64,000 nucleotides of DNA, taken from Deltaproteobacteria bacterium. Its GTDB lineage: Bacteria > Myxococcota_A > UBA9160 > UBA4427. A model generated the notes under the pieces. It was not told the origin of the DNA. It made no database searches and worked only from the letters and a program-made list of their open reading frames with translations. The stretch is from positions 476 through 64,475 of the forward strand of contig JAFDEK010000004.1 in the NCBI GenBank assembly GCA_019310385.1, written 5' to 3'. A program made the position numbers and the translations under genes. Below are positions 51,785-61,613 of the stretch, piece after piece (position 1 is the stretch's first letter; each line of letters begins with the position of its first letter).

Positions 51785-52429
51785 TCAGCGCGCTTCGAGG
51801 CTCGCGAAGAGCTCACCGATGGGCTGATCGCCGCCCAGCAGGTCGATGCTGTGCCCCCGGGATCCGGGCTGGCCGAGGCTGGCGAGGATGCACAAGGCGA
51901 CGTTCTCCCGGGAGATCTCCATACCGTGTCCGGCAGCCGGGTCCGTGCGCACCCGGCCGCTGCCAGGCTCGTCGCCGAGGCGCCCGGGCCGCAGGATCGT
52001 GTAGGGGACGCTGCTGGTGCGCAGCCGCTCGTCGGCGAGCTGCTTGGCTACCAGGTAGTGGCGGATGGCGGGCGGCCCATCGAGGGGATGGTCTGCCCGC
52101 ATGGCGCTCACCATGACGAAGTGATCCAGGCGGCGCTCCTCACTCTCTTCGATGGCCCGGATGGCGCCGTAGAGGTCCACCAGCAGGGTCTTGTCGCCGC
52201 CGGTGTGGCCGCCCGAGCCGGCGGTGAAGACCACGCGACTGCAGTCCTCGAAGCCGTGGCCGAACTCACCTTCGAGGTCGCCGAGCACCGTCTCCACGCC
52301 CAGGGACTCGAAGAAGGAGCGTTGGGCCGGGTCGCGCAGCATGGCGCGTACAGCCAGCCCCTGGGCGGCCGCCCGCTCGCAGAAGATGCGTCCGATCTTT
52401 CCGTTGGCGCCGATGACGAGGGTCTTCAC
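51785..52429 (-). CDS. NAD(P)H-binding (NmrA/atypical SDR) protein
   Basis: GTG start at 52429 gives VKTLVIGANGKIGR... Confidence 0.8.
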   Translation of the reverse strand: MKTLVIGANGKIGRIFCERAAAQGLAVRAMLRDPAQRSFFESLGVETVLGDLEGEFGHGFEDCSRVVFTAGSGGHTGGDKTLLVDLYGAIRAIEESEERRLDHFVMVSAMRADHPLDGPPAIRHYLVAKQLADERLRTSSVPYTILRPGRLGDEPGSGRVRTDPAAGHGMEISRENVALCILASLGQPGSRGHSIDLLGGDQPIGELFASLEAR

Positions 52430-52581
52430 GGAAAGCGAAGATAGCGGCTCGATCGCGAAGGTCGCGACGCGAGAGGAAATGCAAATTCGCACTCAACGAG
52501 TACCCTACTGACAATTGCGGTCGCGCTGCGCCAGCGCTACGCGATATGCGTCGGCCGGCCCAGCAGAAGCGAGGTGGACCC

Positions 52582-52953
52582 ATGAGCGAGAAGTCCCTTT
52601 ACGAACGTCTCGGCGGATACGATGCCCTTGCGGCAGTGGCCGGCACCCTCTTGCCCCGACTCCAGGGGGACTCGCAGCTGGGTCGCTTTTGGGAGCATCG
52701 GGGGACGGATGGGATCGAGAGGGAGAAGCAGCTCCTCGTCGATTTCCTCGCCTCGAGCGCAGGCGGGCCCATGTTCTACACGGGGAGGGACATGAAGATC
52801 TCTCACGAGGGTATGCAGATCAGCGAGAGTGACTGGTCGGCCTTCATGTCGCACCTGGGCGCCACTCTCGATGCCTTCGAGCTTCCTCAGCGCGAGCGTG
52901 ACGACGTGGTCGCATTCATCGAGAGCACGAAGTCCGACATCGTCGAGGTCTAG
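52582..52953 (+). CDS. group I truncated hemoglobin
   Basis: MSEKSLYERLGGYDALAAV... and ...M...H.GM.I... (proximal His region). About 123 aa. Confidence 0.8.
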   Translation: MSEKSLYERLGGYDALAAVAGTLLPRLQGDSQLGRFWEHRGTDGIEREKQLLVDFLASSAGGPMFYTGRDMKISHEGMQISESDWSAFMSHLGATLDAFELPQRERDDVVAFIESTKSDIVEV

Positions 52954-52964
52954 CCCGGCTCGAG

Positions 52965-55319
52965 GTGACCTCGCCCTCTCCCGCACATCGATTCTTCTCG
53001 GAGCTGGCCGCGCAGCTGATCCAGCGGCGCTGGCTCGTGCTCGCGTTGGTGGCGGCGCTGACCGCCTTCATGGCGGCGCAGACGCCTCGACTCGAGCTGA
53101 ACACCAACAACGACATCTGGTTCGTCGAGGGAGACCGCACCCTCGAGCTCTCCGAGAAGTTCAAGGAGGCCTTCGGGAACGACGACTTCATCTACGTCCT
53201 CTTCGAGAGCGAGGACTTCTTCCGGCCCGAGAACATCCGGCGTCTGGGAGCCCTCGCCGAGGTGCTCGAGGAGGAGGTGCCCCACCTTCTCGACCTTACC
53301 TGGCTCGGCAACGTCGAGGACATCGAGGGTCTCGAGGATCTCATCGAGATCGAGGAGTTCCTGGGCGAGGTTCCGGAGGACCCCGCACGGCTAGCCGAGC
53401 TGCGCAGCAGGGCCCTCGCCGAGCCGTCCTTCGTCAACGCGCTGATCTCGAGCGACGGGCGCATCGCCGGGCTCCTGCTCGAGATGGACGCCTATCCCGA
53501 GGGCGAGATGGACCCCCGCAAGGAGGTGCCCCCCGTCGTCCGGGAGATCCTCGCCCGCCCGGAGTTCAACGACCTCGAGCTCCACGCCGTCGGCGGCCCC
53601 TTGATCGACTACGACATCGACGTCCTCACAGCGCAGGAGTCAGCGCTATTCACCGCCATCTGCATCCTCGTGCAGATGGCGATCCTGCTCTGGGTGGCGC
53701 GCGGGCCCCGCGGTGTGCTGGTTCCGGTGGTGGTCGTGGTCCTTGCGACCACGTGGGCCCTGGGGGCCATCGCGCTCTACGGCTTCAAGCTGAATATCTT
53801 CATCATCATGCTTCCCGTCCTGCTCATCTGCGTGGGGATCGGCGATTCCATGCACGTGATCGCGGAGTTCCAGGACCAGCAGGACCGGGGTCTCGCCCGG
53901 CGCGATGCGCTCCGGGAGGCCATGGGGGTGGTGGGTTGGCCCTGTCTCCTGACCAGCGTCACGACGGCGGCCGGCTTCCTCGCCTTTCTCGCCGCGCGCA
54001 TCAAGCCCTTTCGCGAGATGGGGATCTACGCCGCCACCGGGGTCATGATCGCGGTCGTCCTCACCTATCTGCTGGTCCCGGTGCTCTATTCCTGGGGCGC
54101 GGAGCGACCGCGATCGCGGGAGGGGCGAGGAGACGCGCCGCGAGACGACGTCTTCGACCGCCTGCTGGGCTGGGTCTATCGCGTCGTGGTCGCCCACCCG
54201 CTGCCCATCGTCGTGTTCTTCATCGGGCTCGCGGCGGTCGCCCTCGTGGGCTATTCCCGGCTCGAAATCGAGTCGAACTCCGTGGAGATGTTCTCGACCG
54301 ACGTGCCCATTCGCCGGGCCTACGACTACGTCGATGCGAACATGGGCGGATCCATGTCCATGGAGATCATGCTCGATACGGGCGTCACGGACGGCATCAC
54401 GGACGCCGATTTCCTGCACGCCATGGACGAGCTCGACCGCTTCGTGATCGACCACCCGTTGACCACGAAGACGACGAGTATTCTCGACGTCCTGCGCAAG
54501 ATGCGCCGGGCCTTCCACGAGAACCGGCCCGAGTTCTACGACATCCCCACGAGCCGGGAGGAGGCCTCCCAGTATCTCCTCCTCTACGAGAGCTCGGGCG
54601 GCGAGCAGAAGGAGAAGCTCGTCACCTTCGACCAGGACATCGCGCGCCTCACTGCCCGCACCCGCGCTCTGGATACCCGGGACGCGCGGCGCTTCGTCGC
54701 CGAGCTCGAGCACTTCGTCGCGCAGCGGCCGGAGCTCTCGGACCGGGTCGAGATTACCGGCATGCTTGCCTGGGTGCGTGCGATGAACGACCTCATCGGC
54801 CAGGGCCAGAAGCGCAGCTTCCTGACCGCCTTCGCGGTCATCACCGTCATCATGATGCTCGTCCTGCGCTCACCGGGTCTCGGCCTCATCAGCATGCTGC
54901 CCAACATCTTTCCGGTTCTGATCTCCCTGGGCCTCATGGGACTCGCGGGGGTCTACATGGACATGGGGATGATGACCTTCGCGGCCATCATCATCGGCGT
55001 GGCGGTCGACGATACGATCCACTTCTTCGTGCGCTATCGCCGGGAGTTCGAGCGCGCGGGGAGCTACGAGGTGGCGCTCCGGGAGACCCTCGCCAGCGTG
55101 GGGCGGCCCATCACCTTCACGACCCTGACCCTCACGCTCGGCTTCTCGGTGCTCACCCTCTCGGACATGCGCGGCCTCGTCCATTTCGGCGTGCTGGCGG
55201 GCTTCGCCTTCAGCTGGGCGCTGCTCGCGGACTTCTTCTTTGCTCCGGCCGTGCTGCTGCTGACCCGGCCGCTGGGGCCGGAGCGGGAGGCCGTGAAGGG
55301 GCGGGCGGGCGGAGACTGA
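52965..55319 (+). CDS. RND superfamily exporter, MMPL/HpnN-like (sterol-sensing-domain type)
   Basis: 784 aa built as two TM1 + periplasmic loop + TM2-6 modules. GIGDSMH and GVAVDDTIHF motifs. Confidence 0.85.
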   Translation: MTSPSPAHRFFSELAAQLIQRRWLVLALVAALTAFMAAQTPRLELNTNNDIWFVEGDRTLELSEKFKEAFGNDDFIYVLFESEDFFRPENIRRLGALAEVLEEEVPHLLDLTWLGNVEDIEGLEDLIEIEEFLGEVPEDPARLAELRSRALAEPSFVNALISSDGRIAGLLLEMDAYPEGEMDPRKEVPPVVREILARPEFNDLELHAVGGPLIDYDIDVLTAQESALFTAICILVQMAILLWVARGPRGVLVPVVVVVLATTWALGAIALYGFKLNIFIIMLPVLLICVGIGDSMHVIAEFQDQQDRGLARRDALREAMGVVGWPCLLTSVTTAAGFLAFLAARIKPFREMGIYAATGVMIAVVLTYLLVPVLYSWGAERPRSREGRGDAPRDDVFDRLLGWVYRVVVAHPLPIVVFFIGLAAVALVGYSRLEIESNSVEMFSTDVPIRRAYDYVDANMGGSMSMEIMLDTGVTDGITDADFLHAMDELDRFVIDHPLTTKTTSILDVLRKMRRAFHENRPEFYDIPTSREEASQYLLLYESSGGEQKEKLVTFDQDIARLTARTRALDTRDARRFVAELEHFVAQRPELSDRVEITGMLAWVRAMNDLIGQGQKRSFLTAFAVITVIMMLVLRSPGLGLISMLPNIFPVLISLGLMGLAGVYMDMGMMTFAAIIIGVAVDDTIHFFVRYRREFERAGSYEVALRETLASVGRPITFTTLTLTLGFSVLTLSDMRGLVHFGVLAGFAFSWALLADFFFAPAVLLLTRPLGPEREAVKGRAGGD

Positions 55320-55484
55320 GCAGGGCGAGTATGGCGCTCGCAGCGACCCGAGCCGGATCTGTCCCGGGCAGATCGGTCGATGTAGTATCCGTACGTCGGC
55401 TGTGCGTGTCGACGGCCGAGCCCATTGCGGGTGCGGACCATGCGGACGAGTAGCGGGCGAGTAGATGGAGTAGACCAAGTGGTA

Positions 55485-55937
55485 ATGATGTTCCGGCTGG
55501 GAATCTTTCTCCTCATCGCGGCGGCGTGGGGCTGTGAGCGGTTCCAACCCCCCAGCGGCGAGTACACGGCCTCTCACCCGCAGCTGATCGCCCTCGCTCT
55601 ACCGGAGCTTGCCGCCAGCAACCAACCCGGCACTACCGAAGCGCTGGCGCATCTCGAGCTGGCACTCTCGGATGTGGTGCGGTGCCTCGAAATGGACGAC
55701 CTCGAGATCGCGATGGTCTACCAGCCGCAGATCCAGGTGCACTACTTGGGCGATACCCACTCGTTCGGATTCGCAGACCCCGCCGCGCAGGACGCGACGG
55801 TCGCAGTCGTCCTCGTTGCCACCGATCGCCCTCCCGTTGGCGTATATCCTCAGATGGGCTCACGCTCGCTCCATCGGAGCCTGCGCGACGCGGTGGCTGA
55901 CTACTTCGGCAAGGAGAGATGTCGAATCGAGCGTTGA
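55485..55937 (+). CDS. hypothetical lipoprotein
   Basis: An internal ATG gives MMFRLGIFLLIAAAWGCE... (signal plus Cys). No family recognised. Confidence 0.45.
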   Translation: MMFRLGIFLLIAAAWGCERFQPPSGEYTASHPQLIALALPELAASNQPGTTEALAHLELALSDVVRCLEMDDLEIAMVYQPQIQVHYLGDTHSFGFADPAAQDATVAVVLVATDRPPVGVYPQMGSRSLHRSLRDAVADYFGKERCRIER

Positions 55938-55974
55938 CTGGTGCGGCCGGAGCCGCAACGTCACGAGGGTCGGC

Positions 55975-56313
55975 TCAGTTCTTCCCGGCCACGTCCATCA
56001 CGAGCGTGAAGTAGGCCTCGGGCGCGGATTCCAGCTCGAAGCCAAAGCCCGGCTGAGTGACCGCAACTGCCGAGCGGTGGGATTTTCGCATGCGAGCGAC
56101 TGTCCCGGTCAGAACGAGCGGCGGATCGCTGTCGCGTTCGATATTGATCACCAGCTTCGTGCCGGGCTTGATCGCAGCGCGGGTCTGGAGGAAGAGGCCC
56201 CCGGCCGAGAGGTCGGTCGCGAAGGCCTGGTAGGTGGTGTCGCCGTCTCGAAACGAGCACGAGAGTCGGCTCCGGTATCGCTCGAAACGCCGCCGCTGCT
56301 CGTCGCTCGCCAT
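55975..56313 (-). CDS. PilZ domain protein (c-di-GMP receptor type)
   Basis: RRRFERYR (RxxxR) and DLSAGGLFL (DxSxxG). Confidence 0.75.
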   Translation of the reverse strand: MASDEQRRRFERYRSRLSCSFRDGDTTYQAFATDLSAGGLFLQTRAAIKPGTKLVINIERDSDPPLVLTGTVARMRKSHRSAVAVTQPGFGFELESAPEAYFTLVMDVAGKN

Positions 56314-56374
56314 CCGCCCTGAATCGGCGCCCCCGGCCAGCCGCTTGAGGGCCCAGTCGCCTCAAGGGCATAGA

Positions 56375-57610
56375 TCATCCAGCCGGCAGAACCACCCGGA
56401 AGCGCGCGCCACCGCTGGGCGCGTCGTCGATCTCGATCGATCCGCCCGCCTCGTCGACCAGGCGCTTCGAGATGGCCAGACCGAGGCCGCCGGAGCGATC
56501 GCTGCGCGTCGTGAAGAAGGGCTCGAAGAGGTGGGGGCGGAGCTCTTCGGGTACGCCCGGGCCCCCGTCCTCGACGCTGAGCTCGATCCCGCTACCCCCT
56601 GCCCGGCGGGCCCGCAGGATCACCCTGCCGTCTCGGGGTGTCGCCTCGAGGGCGTTGAGGGTGAGGTTGAGGATCACCTGGCGAAAGCTGTCGCGATCCA
56701 TCGCGGCGGCGGGCAGCCCAACCTCGAGGGCGGTTTCGAGGTGGACCTGATGCTCGCTGGCGCGTTGCTCGAGAAGTCGCACGATGGAGGACAGGACATC
56801 CTCGATGTAGCAGTCGCTCCCGTTGCCCGAGGTGGGGAGGGACGGGCCCCGGGGCCGGGCGTGCGCCATCACGGTGTCGAGCAGCCGCTCCATGCGAGCG
56901 AGCTCGTCCATCACCACCTGGCGGAAGTCGGTCTGAAAGCTCTCGTCCTGCATGTGATCGGGCAGGAGCTGCATGAAGGTCTTCACCGAGACCAGCGGAT
57001 TGCGGACCTCGTGGACCACCTCGGAGAGCAGGTCGCCGAGGGAGGCCAGGCGGTCCAGGCGGCAGACCTTCTCGTCGAGCACGGCGAGGCGAGAGTAGGC
57101 GGCCGCTGCGGTGGCGGGCGTGCGGAGGCGCCGGATGGTGGCATCGAGGGCGGCCAGGCAGCGCGGCCGCACCCGACCGGGCGGATCTTCGGGGCCCCCG
57201 AGCAGTAGCATGGCGAGGCGTTGGCCGTCGCTGCCGAGGAGCGGTGCCGCAGCCGAGAAGCCGTGGCCTTCCACGAGCTCGCCGAGCGCCGTCGGCAGGC
57301 CGGGCTCCCCCAGGTCGGTCGGGGCGTCGCGCTGCCAGATCGGCTCGAGGGCGGCCACGCTCTCGGGCTTCGGCGTGATGGGTGAGGCATCGGAGAAGAC
57401 GGCCGCGGCGACGAAGAGCTCGCCACCGGGACGTACCGCCCACGCGGCGGCTTGTTCGGAGCCCGTCGCTTCGGTGAGTCGCGTCACGGCACCGGAGAGG
57501 AGGCTCTGCAGGTCCGGAAGTGGCGCTCCCGCGTCGGGCGGCGACGCGTGCGATCGCGTCGAGATCCCGCCGCTAGCCGGCGAGCGCTGCTCCAGGTTGC
57601 GGGCCCCCAT
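56375..57610 (-). CDS. soluble sensor histidine kinase with N-terminal GAF-like region
   Basis: H-box SEVVHEVRNPL, N-box NLTLNALEA, G-boxes EDGGPGV / GGLGLAI. No TM segment. Confidence 0.8.
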   Translation of the reverse strand: MGARNLEQRSPASGGISTRSHASPPDAGAPLPDLQSLLSGAVTRLTEATGSEQAAAWAVRPGGELFVAAAVFSDASPITPKPESVAALEPIWQRDAPTDLGEPGLPTALGELVEGHGFSAAAPLLGSDGQRLAMLLLGGPEDPPGRVRPRCLAALDATIRRLRTPATAAAAYSRLAVLDEKVCRLDRLASLGDLLSEVVHEVRNPLVSVKTFMQLLPDHMQDESFQTDFRQVVMDELARMERLLDTVMAHARPRGPSLPTSGNGSDCYIEDVLSSIVRLLEQRASEHQVHLETALEVGLPAAAMDRDSFRQVILNLTLNALEATPRDGRVILRARRAGGSGIELSVEDGGPGVPEELRPHLFEPFFTTRSDRSGGLGLAISKRLVDEAGGSIEIDDAPSGGARFRVVLPAG

Positions 57611-57694
57611 GGAGCGACTTGCTACCGCGCGTTGGGCTGGCCTGTCAAGCGTGAGACGAGGCTCGATCCCCTCGATCCATGGCCTCTGCGCGTC

Positions 57695-60331
57695 TCAGAA
57701 GAAATCTTCGCGGATGATTCGCTGGGTATCGCCGGCCGTGCGGTGGTGGGTCGTGGTCTCGGTGGGCTCGGTGCCCTCGAGGAAGGGCTGGAAGTAGGCG
57801 TCCTCGGAGCCGTCGTCTGCGAGCAGGCCCGAGGCCCGGTCGATCCGCACCTTCACGATGTGCTCCGGCTCCTCGAAGTCCCGGATGGGTCGGCCCTGGA
57901 GCGCGGCCTCCATGTACTCGACCCAGATGGGCGCCGCCGCGCGGGAGCCCGTCTCGCCCCAGCCGAGAGGGATGTTGTCGTCGCGACCCACCCAGACGCC
58001 CGTCGCAATGCTGGGCGAGAAGCCCATGAACCAGGCGTCGTTCTGGTCGTTGGTGGTTCCCGTCTTGCCTGCCAGCGGCCGGCCCAGTTGACGCAGGCGC
58101 CAGCCCGTCCCGCGCGGATCCTGGACGACGGCCTGGAGGAGATCGCACATCAGGTAGGCGGCCTCTTCGGAGATGACCTGGTTTGCGACGGGGGCTTCAG
58201 CGCCGGGCAGCTCGGCGGTGTCGATCAGGAGCGCCGCGTCTTCGGGGTTGACGTCGTCGATGAGAACTTCGCTGGCGATCGTTTCTCCGGCCTCGGGCGC
58301 GGCCGCGTCTTCTTCTTGCGCCGCAGGCGCTGCACCCAGGCCCACGTCCTCGAGGAGAATCTGTCCATTGCGATCGGTGACCCGGGTGATGAAGCGCGGG
58401 ATCACCTTCACGCCCTTGTTGGGATAGATCGCGTAGGCGGCAGTGAGCTCGGCGAGACCCACGCTGCTCGAGCCCAGGGCCAGGGAGAGATCCCGACTCA
58501 GCGGCGCCGAGATGCCCATGCGTCGCGAGTAGTCGATCACGTAGTCGACGCCGACATCCCGGAAGAGATGAACCGTGGCGTTGTTTACCGAACGCACCAG
58601 AGCCTGGCGCATGGGCATGGGACCGTAGAAGTGACGGCCGTAATTCTGCGGGCGCCACACGAAGCCCGACACCGGGTCCTCGTAGACGGCGGGCCGGTCC
58701 CAGAGGGTCGAGACCGGCGTGTAGTTCTGCTCGAGGGCGGCTCCGTAGATGAAGGGCTTGAAGGAGGATCCCGGCTGGCGCAGAGCCTGGGTGGCGCGGT
58801 TGAATTCGCTGCGGTCGTAGTCGTAGCCGCCAACCAGGGCGCGCACCTCGCCGGTATCGACCTCCATGGAGAGCAGGGCGCCCTCGCCGATGGGCTCCTG
58901 GAAGATCGAAACCCGGGCCAGGGGGTGGGGAGCGGGCTCGGGCCGGGCCTCGGGGTCCAGCGGCGGCTCCGCCCTCTCGTCGGCGATCTGCTCCGGCTCT
59001 TCTTCGCCGGCGCCTTCCACCGGGACCAGCGGATCACCCTCGAGGCGCTCGAAGCGCACGACGTCGCCCACGGCGAAGATCTCTTCGATCTGCTTCACGG
59101 GTCGCGGACGGCGCTTCGGGTCGGGCTCGCGGGCCCAGCTGACGTCCTCGAGGCCGACCTGCCCTTCGATCCCCGGCGCGAACACGATCCGGGTCGTTTC
59201 CATCTCCGCGTCGACCCGCACCACGACGCCGAGCTTGGGCTCGTCGAGCGTGAGCGGCGGCCGGACCCCCGTCTCCTCGTCGGCCAGAAGTTCGTTCTCC
59301 TCGGCGAGTCGAGCGACCTCCGCGTCGATCTCCCCGGCCGCGACCTGGCGCACCGGGCCCCGGTAGCCCATTCGCTTGTCGAGGTCGCGCAGCCCCTTGT
59401 GAACGGCTTCCACGGCGACCTTCTGCAGCTCGATGTCGAGAGTGGTCTCCACTACCAGTCCGCCCTCGAGCACAATCTCTCCGCCGAGGTGGTCGAAGAG
59501 GTAGCGGCGCACCTCTTCGGTGAAGTAGCGCGCGGCGAGCGTGTCTTCGGACTCCGCGGTGGAGGTCAGCTCCGGAGGCGCGGCGAGGGACTCCTCATAG
59601 ACGGCCTCGTCGATGAAGCCCTCGGTCTTCATGCGTCCCAGTACGTAGCGGCGGCGTCTCTCGGCTGCCTCGGGATCGCGGAAGGGCGAGTAGGCCGAGG
59701 GACGTTGGGGCAGACCGGCGAGCAGGGCCGACTCCGAGACCGTGAGCTCGCCCGGGGGCTTGCCAAAGTAGGTCTCCGCTGCCTCTCCGATTCCCCAGGC
59801 GCCCGCGCCAAAGTAGATCTGGTTCAGATAGAGATAGAGAATCTCCCGCTTGGTGAAATGGCTCTCGATCCGCTTGGCGAGGACCATCTCGCGGATCTTG
59901 CGACTGAAGTTCCGTTCGGGGCTGAGCAGCAGCTGCTTGACGAGCTGCATGGTGATCGTGCTGGCGCCCTGCTTGATGCCGCGGGCGCGTACGTCCACCC
60001 AGGCGGCCCGGACGATGGAGACATAGTCGATACCCGCGTGCTGGAAGAAGGAGGCGTCCTCCGCGGCCACGAAGGCAAGAGGGGCGTACTCGGGAAGGGC
60101 CTCGAGGGGGGTCAGCTGGCGGCGCTCGTTGGCGAAGAGCGCGATGGGGGTTCCGTTGCGGTCCACCACTCGGCTCGCCAGGGCGGGCTCGTAGTCCTCG
60201 ACCCGCTCGAGGTCGGGCAGGTTGCGCAGGAAGCTGAAATAGACCGCGAACGCGCCCGCCCCGGCCCCGAAGGCCAGCAGGCAGACGAGCACGAGAAGTA
60301 TCCGGAACCCCCCAGACCGGATGAAAGCCAT
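57695..60331 (-). CDS. mrcA: penicillin-binding protein 1A (bifunctional transglycosylase/transpeptidase)
   Basis: EDASFFQHAGID, GASTITMQL, RKIREM (GT51). SSFKP, SVN, KTGTTND (transpeptidase). Confidence 0.95.
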   Translation of the reverse strand: MAFIRSGGFRILLVLVCLLAFGAGAGAFAVYFSFLRNLPDLERVEDYEPALASRVVDRNGTPIALFANERRQLTPLEALPEYAPLAFVAAEDASFFQHAGIDYVSIVRAAWVDVRARGIKQGASTITMQLVKQLLLSPERNFSRKIREMVLAKRIESHFTKREILYLYLNQIYFGAGAWGIGEAAETYFGKPPGELTVSESALLAGLPQRPSAYSPFRDPEAAERRRRYVLGRMKTEGFIDEAVYEESLAAPPELTSTAESEDTLAARYFTEEVRRYLFDHLGGEIVLEGGLVVETTLDIELQKVAVEAVHKGLRDLDKRMGYRGPVRQVAAGEIDAEVARLAEENELLADEETGVRPPLTLDEPKLGVVVRVDAEMETTRIVFAPGIEGQVGLEDVSWAREPDPKRRPRPVKQIEEIFAVGDVVRFERLEGDPLVPVEGAGEEEPEQIADERAEPPLDPEARPEPAPHPLARVSIFQEPIGEGALLSMEVDTGEVRALVGGYDYDRSEFNRATQALRQPGSSFKPFIYGAALEQNYTPVSTLWDRPAVYEDPVSGFVWRPQNYGRHFYGPMPMRQALVRSVNNATVHLFRDVGVDYVIDYSRRMGISAPLSRDLSLALGSSSVGLAELTAAYAIYPNKGVKVIPRFITRVTDRNGQILLEDVGLGAAPAAQEEDAAAPEAGETIASEVLIDDVNPEDAALLIDTAELPGAEAPVANQVISEEAAYLMCDLLQAVVQDPRGTGWRLRQLGRPLAGKTGTTNDQNDAWFMGFSPSIATGVWVGRDDNIPLGWGETGSRAAAPIWVEYMEAALQGRPIRDFEEPEHIVKVRIDRASGLLADDGSEDAYFQPFLEGTEPTETTTHHRTAGDTQRIIREDFF

Positions 60332-60366
60332 TCGAACTCCAGTACTTAGCGAAACCTAGCCGAGAG

Positions 60367-60417
60367 CCGCCGGTCGCCGTCAGGCGGCCAGGCGTATCCT
60401 CGCCGGTCGCCGTCAAC
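60367..60417 (+). repeat. hairpin-repeat locus F (1.5 units, 33 bp; GGTCGCC-GTCA-GGCGGCC with T-G wobble)
   Basis: Core at 60392-60404. GCCGGTCGCCGTCA is duplicated 33 bp apart. It lies between the divergent mrcA (start 60331, minus) and gshB (start 60614, plus). Confidence 0.8.
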
Positions 60418-60613
60418 GCGGTGTATGCTTAGCAGCCCGGGGCTGCGATCCACAAAGCATACACTCCATCCGACCACCGGTGTCGGCAGCTCGGGACACT
60501 GACTGTAAGGCGCGCAACTCGCCCCACCGAGGGGCGTTGCCACAGCACCGCCGCCGCCCGCATTCCACCTCGATTCCCTGGCTTCGACACCCCTACCCCG
60601 CAGGAAGTTCTCA

Positions 60614-61579
60614 ATGCCCGCCTCCCCGCTCTCGATGGCCTTCGTGATGGACCCCATCGAGTCGATCTCCATCGACGCGGACACCACCTTCGCCCTCATG
60701 CTGGAGGCCCAGCGGCGGGGCCACGAGCTTCTCTACGTCGATCCAGGGGATCTGGGTGTGACGGATGGCCAGGCGGCCGCGCTCGCCACCCCCGTCACCC
60801 TGCGCCGGGAGCCGGGGCGCCATTTCGAGCTCGGAAGGCCCCGGCCGCTGATCCTCGACGAGTCCGTCGACGTGGCCTTCCAGCGCGTCGATCCCCCCGT
60901 CGACGAGGCTTACACCCTGGCGACCCAGATCCTGGGCACCTGCAGGCGCACCCTGGTCCTGAACCGGCCTCAGAGCGTGCTTGCCTTCAACGAGAAGCTC
61001 TTCGCCCTGCACTTCCGCGAGCTCATGACCGAGACCATGGTCTCCCGGAACATCGCCGAGCTCGAGGCCTTCATGGAGTCCCTGGGCGGCGAGATGATCG
61101 TGAAGCCCCTGACCGGGAAGGGAGGAGAGGGGATATTTCATTTGGTAAAAGGGGAGCGAAATCTCTCGTCGGTGCTCGAGCAGGCCACGCGCTTCGAGAC
61201 CCAGCTCACCATGGCCCAACGCTATCTTCCCGAGGTTCGGCGGGGGGACAAGCGCATCCTGCTCCTCGACGGCGAGTTCCTGGGAGCCGTGCTGCGCGTG
61301 CCCGCCGATGCCGAGGTCCGGGCCAATCTTCATATCGGTGGGCGGGCCGCTCGGGCCGAGCTGAGTGAGGCAGACAGGCGGATCCTGGAGCGCATCGGTC
61401 CCGTGCTGCGCAGCGAGGGCCTCTTCTTCGTTGGGATCGACGTGATCGGCGACTACCTGACAGAGATCAACGTGACGAGCCCGACGGGGGTGCAGGAGGT
61501 GAACGCGCTCGAAGGCACCCGCATCGAATCCAAGGTGATCGAGAGGGTGGAGTCCTGGGTTGCCGAGGGACGGCGCTGA
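60614..61579 (+). CDS. gshB: glutathione synthetase (ATP-grasp)
   Basis: MAFVMDPIESI..DTTFALMLEAQRRGHEL, KPL.G.GG.GIF, DKRILLLDGE, GIDVIGDYLTEINVTSPTG. Confidence 0.9.
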   Translation: MPASPLSMAFVMDPIESISIDADTTFALMLEAQRRGHELLYVDPGDLGVTDGQAAALATPVTLRREPGRHFELGRPRPLILDESVDVAFQRVDPPVDEAYTLATQILGTCRRTLVLNRPQSVLAFNEKLFALHFRELMTETMVSRNIAELEAFMESLGGEMIVKPLTGKGGEGIFHLVKGERNLSSVLEQATRFETQLTMAQRYLPEVRRGDKRILLLDGEFLGAVLRVPADAEVRANLHIGGRAARAELSEADRRILERIGPVLRSEGLFFVGIDVIGDYLTEINVTSPTGVQEVNALEGTRIESKVIERVESWVAEGRR

Positions 61580-61613
61580 GCGGCTCGTGAAGTATGCTCT
61601 TCTGCCTACCTTC

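Noticed and set aside
55448-55473. Three GAGTAG hexamers spaced 11 and 9 nt apart, just upstream of the lipoprotein start.
   Set aside because: They are short, the spacing is irregular, and there is no palindromic or known-site resemblance. This could easily be chance, so it is not reported as a feature.
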